Below, piece by piece: positions 56,000-64,000 of a DNA stretch of 64,000 bases. The stretch's first letter is position 1; the number at the start of each line of letters is the position of its first letter. The stretch is from positions 56,668,001-56,732,000 of the forward strand of contig OZ024743.1 of assembly GCA_964016885.1 (NCBI GenBank), given 5' to 3'. The translations under genes and the position numbers were made by a program. Source of the stretch: Eledone cirrhosa (lineage: Eukaryota). A model generated the notes under the pieces. That model worked only from the letters and a program-made list of their open reading frames with translations. It did not search any database and was not told the origin of the DNA.

Positions 56000-56960
56000 A
56001 AGCTAGCTGACGAACGGTATGGTTTTCACCACGAACATAGCACAGCCGACCAAATATTCATTCTCGAGAAATCGAGAGGTGTATATTCACATGTTATGTG
56101 AACTTCGAAAAGGCATACAATAGCGATGGCTCCCATATTTCTGTTCGGATAAATAATCGAAACTATTAAATGTTAATATCGGGCTCCGACAAGAATGCGC
56201 ACTGTTCATAATCTTCATGAACAAGATTGACATGCGCAGCCGAGCTGGAAGTTGTATCAAAACCAGCGGGTGTAGGATCAGTTAGTTGGTGCCAGACAAC
56301 TGACATAGTATTACTTAACTCGTTGGAAAGTGATCTCCGACATGCACTGGATAGATTTGCTGCCGAGCGCTACACGGCATGAGTGAAACTCAATGCTGCG
56401 AAGACTACATGTGAAGGGAGTTACACTGAAGCAAATGGAAAATTTCAAGTATCTCGGGCGTTTTCACGAGTGATGGAAGGTAGAAGGCTGAATAAAATAC
56501 ATGAATTGTTGGCGCAGGTGATGAGCCAGCTTTAACACTCAGTCATAAGAAGAAAGGAAGTAGGTGTAAAGGCCAAACTCGCTATCTTCAATTCGGTGTT
56601 CATGCCTACCCTTAACTATGGTCATGAATCTTGGGTAATGATCGAAAGAAAACGATTGCGAATACAATACGAAATACGTACCCCATCGATGGGGTTCGTA
56701 GCTCGGAGATGGGAGTCGCTCTGGGTAGAGCCGTTACTTCTCTAAATTGGGAGATCACAGCTCCATGGGCAGATTTTATGGGCAAAATCAACACGCAGGA
56801 GATCCAGAAGTGGGCTACGAACAAGATGGTTGGATAACATCCATGAACTCGATTGGTTTCGCTTGAGGATCCATCGGTTCAATTGAAGACTGTTGCTTCT
56901 GCTCTTTGGAAGAAGTGTCAGAGGATTCTGCCCTCATGACCCTCCAAGGAACAGGGAATA
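56000..56960 (+). mobile_element. Decayed RTE LINE (RT to 3' end)
   Basis: Homologous to 53139-53550 and 48905-49250; KFKYLG and PTLNYGHESW motifs. Confidence 0.85.
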
Positions 56961-57599
56961 AGTGAGCGAAGACGGTACAAAGTGAATAAATTTTCGAATT
57001 TAGGTACAAAATGCGCCAAAATGGTTTTTCTTGATCTAAAGTGCACTGTGAATAAAACATTTTCGGAACCACTGGTGTAATTGTTGACTGTAGATAGATA
57101 CAGTGTGTAAATGTTGAGTGGATTGATAGACACTGTGTGTAGATATTGATTAAAGGAAGTACAAATAAATTTTCTTTCTGTCTATTTAATAATCAACTTT
57201 ACACTGCTAATATGTATAAATACCTCTTTTGAATATATTTTCTTATTTAGGGTCAATGTCCGCGAAAATATTTTTTACAGAATTGTAACGTGCGCCGTGA
57301 GTAAAAATAAGTTTGGGAACTACCGACCTTCTGTACCACCACCCCACTTGAAAGAGAAAAGAAAGATTAAATAAATATTTAATGTCAGTGTCTTTGTATT
57401 TATCTGTGAGAGAGAGAGAGGGAGCGCGTGTGTGCATATGAAAGTGTACGTGTGTGTATGTGAATGAGTATGAGTGTGTAAGTATCACAGTGTATATGAG
57501 TGAATGTGTATGTATATCTCCGTGTATATGTCTGCGTATGTGTGTGTGTGTATATATGTTTGTATACATGTGTATATATGTGTAAGTCCAAAACACTGG

Positions 57600-58330
57600 A
57601 TCCCAGACAACCAGACACAACAGCCCTCCCCTCTCACTATAACGCACTTACCCAGACTACTCCTCCCCTTCCTCCATCCAAGAAACACACTTTGCCTCCC
57701 ACACAGTCACTTCTTCCTTATCCTTCACAGTCATTAGCCTCCTCCCCTTCATCTCACCTCCGACATACTTCCCCCCTCTTTTCCTTACACCGACAGAAAC
57801 TTCCCTTCTACCGCCACCACAATACCGCTATAGTTCCCTTCTCCATCTTCCTCTCACTACAGACACAAACACAACCCCCCCCCCCCCCCCCTTCCTTCCC
57901 TCACTACAGACGTAGACACAGTCCTCCTGTTCTTCCTCTTTCCCTGATTACAACCCCCAACCAAGTCACTTCTCTTTCCCCTCACTACACCACCGACCGG
58001 TCTGCCTCCTCCTCATCCTCTCATTACAACTGTGACACATTCCCAGTTTCTCTCTCCCCACCTCACTCACTATACTACGGACTGACACAGTACCCCTCCT
58101 CCTCCCCTTACTACAACCATGACTGTCTGCCTCCTCCCTGACACATTCCCGCTCTACCTCTTCGTTCCTCTTTTCACTATACTACCGACTGACACCACTG
58201 CCTCCTCCTTCTTCCTCCACCTCCCTATACAACCGACTGACAGACTTCCTCCGCCTTCCTCACTACACTACCGATTGACACTATAGTCTGGCCTCCTCCT
58301 CTCATTGTATATCAGCCTCTATAGAGCACG
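57600..58330. repeat. Pyrimidine-rich degenerate minisatellite
   Basis: Recurrent CCTCACTAC..ACCGACTGACA..CCTCCTCC units. Confidence 0.65.
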
Positions 58331-58661
58331 TGGCTGATACCACTGTCTCCGTCTGCCCCAGTATCTTTTGGTCACTTACATCTTCGCGTCTTCCCGTTTC
58401 TTGCTTGCTATTCAACAACAACTGTAAGTTTACCTATACTTACTTTAAACTTGTTCTGTTTTCACTCTTGGTGATCTTTCGTAAGTGGTAGATTGAATGT
58501 AAACAATGAAATTGACGTATTTACACATACGTGTATATGTATGTGTTCGACAATATTCGTGATGTTTGCATATCGATTTCATTGTTTACTTTCCGTCTAA
58601 CAATTACGAAAGATCGCTTCCTTCTTTTGTCTAATGTTTCTCATCATCATTATTATTATTA

Positions 58662-59015
58662 CTAACTTTGCCTTTCATCCTTACAGGGTCGATAAAATAA
58701 AGTACCAGTAATACACTGGGATAATTGCTGGCCTTATGCCAAAAGTAGAAACAATTATCTGAGTTCAAATCCCGCCGAGGTTAACTTTACCTTTCATCCT
58801 TACGGGGTCGATAAAATAAAGTACCAGTAATACACTGAAATAATTGCTGGCCTTGTGCCAAAAGTAGAAACAATTATTATTAATGTTGCTTCGACCCTCT
58901 ATTTGAGTTCAAATCCTGCTGTGGTTAACTTTGCTTTTCACCCTTTCGAGGTCGATAAAAGAAAATACCAGTTAAGCGCTGGCCTTGGGCCTAAATTAGA
59001 AACCATTATTATTAT
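58662..59015 (+). mobile_element. Three head-to-tail 5'-truncated SINE copies
   Basis: AACTTT.CCTTTCATCC..GTCGATAAAA..GTAGAAACAATT three times. Confidence 0.85.
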
Positions 59016-59753
59016 TGTTATTGCTCGTGGTTTGGTTTTTGTTAGTGGTTTGTAGTACTGTATATTTCTCATCTATAACACAAGAAATTAAGGGCAACAA
59101 AGGGGGTCATTTATACACGATTACACGTCTTCAGAAACTGTTACTGTACTTAAAATTACTAATTTCAAATGGCAAGATTGCAAATATATGTTGATAATTG
59201 TTTACAAATAGTATTCAAGAACATCCTGTTGTTTTACATTTTTATCGTCATAAGAAACTGAATATTCCAGTGAAATCTATGTATGAGATCGAGATTTTAA
59301 TGGATAACATGGTACAAGTTGACAAAAATTGTTTACATTGACATGGTTATACTCTGGGGTCGTATACACAAGGATTTAATTTATTCTTGATTTTAGTTTC
59401 AGAAACAGGGGCCTTATAAAATACAAATAAACACGGTAATTTAAATCCATTTCGTGTCTGCGTTGCTACATACTCCAAAATAAAGCGGGAACTTTGTGGT
59501 CGCTTGATCTGCCAGAAATGACAGCCAAATCTCCCTACTGTTTTAAAAATATGAAATGACGCTCTTTGCGATGAGTTGTTGTGGCTTACTTGTGTAGACT
59601 ATTTAATCCATCGCTCTGTTTGACACCACCACCTGGCTTTTGAGTACCTTTATCGGAGTCCATTCTGCTGCAAACATTTATACATGGTTACGATTTGAGG
59701 ATACTTTCCTTCTATCAGTCCTAGATGCCCCGAAAAGAGCGTGTACACTGCTG

Positions 59754-59965
59754 TTCCCTTCCATAGATGCACAAAGATAGGATGGTCACAGTTAGAATCC
59801 TTTTGGTTATAGGTCTGCTTGATCAGGTTAGACTTCAGTCTAAACATCATTTTCAGTTTTCCCTTCCATAGATGCACAAAGATAGGATGATCACAGTTGG
59901 AATCCTTTTGGTCATAGGTCTGCTTGATCAGGTTAGACTTCAGTCTAAACATCATTATCAGTTTT
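59754..59965 (+). repeat. 105-bp tandem duplication
   Basis: TTCCCTTCCATAGATGCAC.. at 59754 and 59859. Confidence 0.9.
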
Positions 59966-60705
59966 CATCTTATTGGTATCCAACTGTCTGAAATCGCCCT
60001 TGGTTCTATCATACAAAACTGTTTATTTTAATGTGTTTATATAATTATATAAAAACATTCCATGACAATTCAATGTAAATAGCTTTGTTATGCATGCTAT
60101 GTTCCAAACACCAACTTAATAATCAGAAATCTTGTTACATTGCAAACCTCCCTCACCAGATTCTTGATTATTTATAAAATTGTTTTAAAATAATAGGCAA
60201 TGTCTAAATAATCTTATATAATATAGTGTACTTATATAATACGATCATAAAATCCATCAAAATGAAAATGAAAATTCCATATACTCTCTAATAGTCCATT
60301 TATACGTTATAAACCTAAGAATTTGAAAACAATTCACTGTTGGTATTTACTGAAAAGATAAAGTGATCAGATTTGGTCTAAAAGCAGTGTCTTTCGTTAG
60401 AAGAAAAATGGAAAGGGTTTAAGTAAACATCCACCACACAACCTGCTATTGTTATTGTTTATCTGACTACTGTAGTAGTAGTAGTAGTTGTGTGTGACTA
60501 GCACTAATGTATGCCACTATCTCTTCAATCTGTTTTTCCCGCTTATTATTTTAACCTTATTTAAACCTAAAGATAACTAAATATTTCTCTTAATATTTAC
60601 CCAATTATAGAACCATTTCCACTCCTTTTCGTCTATCTATTATTCCATCATTATGAAAATCTTACACCCCCGCCCCCGTCTAAGCTCCCATCTCTCTCTG
60701 CCTAC

Positions 60706-60751
<46 letters not shown>

Positions 60752-60890
60752 AATGACTCTCTTTCTTTATATATATATATATACTCACACACACACAGAG
60801 GATGTCTCCAAAAAATGTATTCACACATCAACAGCATTCTAATAAAAGTGCGTATACATTTCGGGGGAAACCCTATATATATATATATAT

Positions 60891-61098
60891 AACGAAGGAA
60901 ATGTGGTAAGGAACCAGATGGACCATAACGCACCAAAGTATTCAATACTTAGGGTAGTAGAGTGGGTAATAGGAACGAGTAGGACCCCGACGGCTGAGCT
61001 CAAGCCGTTTCGACGGCTAATTCTGGACTAATTTAGTTTTAGTCCAGAATTAGCCGTCGAAACGGCTTGAGCTCAGCCGTCGGGGTCCTACTCGTTCC
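60891..61098 (-). mobile_element. Short palindromic element, copy 4 (longest hairpin centre)
   Basis: Perfect ~60-bp arms around the loop ATTTAGTTT; TA flanks. Confidence 0.85.
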
Positions 61099-62877
61099 TA
61101 TATATATATATATATGCCAATTTCTCTCACTGTCTCTTTCTCTCTTTCTGCATGTCTGTTATTTTCTATCTCCCTATCTATATGTCTCCTCTCTGACCCG
61201 TTCTAGATAGTTTTGACACTTATTGTTGTCTGTAATTCAAAATAAATTCCCTCCTACCCAAAATGTTATCCAGTTTGTTTTCACAACAAACTTTAAATTT
61301 CATTTTCTCTTGCATGTTGGCATATTGTTGGCATTTCCTGTGTTTCCTCTTGTGACAGGCAAGACGGTAAATTCTATGTGAAACCACTTTACGACACAAT
61401 TTCGATTCCCATTGGAATTCTCAAGAGTGGAATTTCAGTATAAGCACCCCCGTGTAAATTGCTATAATTCTACGTTTTGAACTGAGAGATTTACGATGAT
61501 CTAAATAAATAAAATCAACTTCTCAATACTTTCATTTTTGGCTGCTACTTCTAGTGCGTCAAGACGTTACGCAATAGCCTCGTGTTTGTAAAAAAAAAAA
61601 AAGATATAAAATTATGATTCTGTGAAAAAAAAAAAATTAACGTTATTTACATGGAGTACTTATTCCAAACTTCGCCTTCTCATATTGGCATGGGTTGGAC
61701 CCATGGCGGATTGAGGGGGTGGTGGTGCTGATTGGGTTATAACCACTGAAAATTTTAATCTGGGACCCATGTAAGCTTAACCCGTTCCTAGATTAGACGG
61801 GTCGTTACAAGACAGTCAGTGGTTCTTCAACGAAACGGAACAAGGCAGATGCAGATTAAGCTTGCATGGGGCTCGTGGCTGTAGACCAGTTTGTACCCTC
61901 CCTTAATTCACTGGGTCGGAAGGTGCGTTTCGCTTACATACGTTTTGGGTTGGTTTCTACAGGGCGTTAAGAAAAGCATCCAGTTGCACCCCCCATCCCA
62001 AAAGACTGAAATGCCATGACAACCTAGTATTGATGCCACAATAAAACGCAGCCAGTACTCTCTGTAAAATAAAGTGGTTGTTGTTAGGAAGAGCACCAGC
62101 TAAAGACAACTTGCCCCAAAAAGATATCGCTCGTACTGGTGCAACGATAAAATGTACTGTGCGGAAATGTAAGTTTGCGAAATGCGGGCCCCGACCCGTC
62201 TATGAGGTCCGTAGCTCCGATTAAGTACAGATTCGATCTGTTCAACCTTTGCTAGCAGGTAAAACGGACGTTAAGTGGTGATAAAAGTGACAATTTCTCA
62301 TTCCCTATAACATTAAAAACTTCTTCGTCTATTTAAAAATGAATAAGCCATTTGTTTTCATCTAAGAATTTTCATCAAATTGCCTGGTTAACAAATGGTT
62401 TAGTTTTCGGTATTAACAATTGTGAATTAAGGGGTGTGGTAGGGGAGCCAGGGAGTCCACAATATCTAAAGGCCCCCAAATGATTTAAAAGTTTTTTTTG
62501 CTAACATAGATATTACGCAAGTGGCCCAGATGAAGTTTTCTACCTGGGAACCCATGCAAGCTTAATCCGCGCCTCCTGGGTTAATTTATCTTATTCAGAA
62601 AAAAAAAGAAGGAAGAAATTACAGTCTGAACAAAAATAAATTAAATAAAAAGATTCTTGTCCGTTACATTTTAAAACTTTAAAAATTATTTTTTGTTATT
62701 TGTTTCAAACGAAAATTACGAACAGAAATAATTGTTTTTAATTTAAGCACTAGACCAACAATTTTATTTGGGCTGGGAAATTCGATTAAATTAACCCCAG
62801 CATTTGAATAGTATTTTTTTATTTTTTATTCTATTGGCAATTAGGATAAAAAGTGAAGTTGACCTAGGCAGCATAAA

Positions 62878-62988
62878 TAATTGTTTTTACTTTAGGCACA
62901 AGGCCAGCATACACCCAGTGCATTACTGGTACTTTATCGACCCCGTAAGGATGAAAGGCAAAGTCAACCTCGGCGGGATTTGAACTCG
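62878..62988 (-). mobile_element. Truncated SINE with target duplication GGCAGCATAAATAAT, inserted in an older SINE
   Basis: Duplication at 62867-62881 and 62988-63002. Confidence 0.75.
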
Positions 62989-64000
62989 GCAGCATAAATA
63001 ATGAATTCAAAAGAACAAAATAGGGAAATACTTATTGTGAACCATGTCTTGAATTTTGAAATAATCATTAAATTTTCTTGAATATTATTTCGTATTTCTC
63101 TTATAAAGTTACAGATAAGGGGAGGGTGAATGAGAGAAAAGTTAAGCGAAAGCAAAACAAAAATTAATCGGTCCGTCATTTTTTTTTTTCTTAGGAAAGT
63201 TTTTGTTTCAGACCGTAACGTAAATTCCGGTACACCTTAAACTAAGAATTATTGGCGAACAATGGGATTTGAACTTTGTGGTAAAATAATTATTCTTATG
63301 AGAAATTATATAGAAACTGGAGCTTGGACTGAAATAAATGGACAATTTAAAACTTTCACATCCACTTGTTCTCTACGCATTAAATCTGTCAGTGTCTGTA
63401 TTTCTTTTGACTCTCTGGGCTCAAGGTTCCAATCCTGTTGACGTAAACTCTTTCGTCTTTTCGAGGTTGATTATCAGTTGATGGGACAGTGGGTTGACGG
63501 ATTAATTAAAGAGTCGAAAAGGATCCTTTGCTGTAATCTGATCATGCTCTGCATTCTGAGTTCAAATCCCGCCTCCTTTTGCCAGGTTCCAAACACCAGC
63601 TTAATAATGAGAAAATTAATTATATTATTGAATTTTTTTCAAAATTCTTGATTATTTTCATAATTAATTGAAAATCTTAAGCAGTGCATTTCATTAGAAA
63701 TATGGTAATGAAAGGGGTTAAGGTGTTCATATTTAAATGTTAACCTTCCATCATAATTGTATGTCCAAACACCCCGCTAATGTTATTTTACTAAATCCCT
63801 CCAATTTTTTAAAAATTATTATTAACTCATACGAACATCACAATCAGCGTCTTCCATTAGAAATTGGTAACGAAAGAGTTAACTTCGGTTTTAAATACTA
63901 ACAAAAGTTTTTAAAGTTTATCAACCGTTCACGGCTTTGTGTCAATGAGAAATATATACGTGACATCTCTCTGGTGGCGGTGGATTAACGGGGGATGGGA

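Noticed and set aside
59650-59955. 101-aa ORF with an internal repeat
   Set aside because: Explained by a 105-bp tandem duplication; no recognisable domain

Overview
Gene-poor, repeat-saturated animal DNA. The SINE families and long (TA)n/(CA)n tracts suggest a cephalopod such as Octopus (inference). I found no host protein-coding gene. There are three zones. (1) 1-11068 is a 43-bp tandem array (~257 units) amplified from the CORE-like segment of a tRNA-derived SINE, and the SINE body resumes directly after the last unit. (2) ~12.9-43.9 kb is (TA)n microsatellite packed with Penelope-like elements (PLEs). It holds three different RT/GIY-YIG lineages, non-coding derivatives and fold-back palindromes, with about 20 type I hammerhead ribozyme (HHR) motifs from roughly a dozen sequence families. 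(3) 44-64 kb holds older RTE and CRE LINE fragments, SINEs and MITEs. The most notable observations are a ~1.3-kb non-coding HHR-bounded, retrozyme-like unit, hammerheads with greatly extended stem II, and a small palindromic element whose fold-back centre lies in an apparent HHR stem II. All ribozyme folds were paired by eye, and family names come from recalled motifs rather than database searches.
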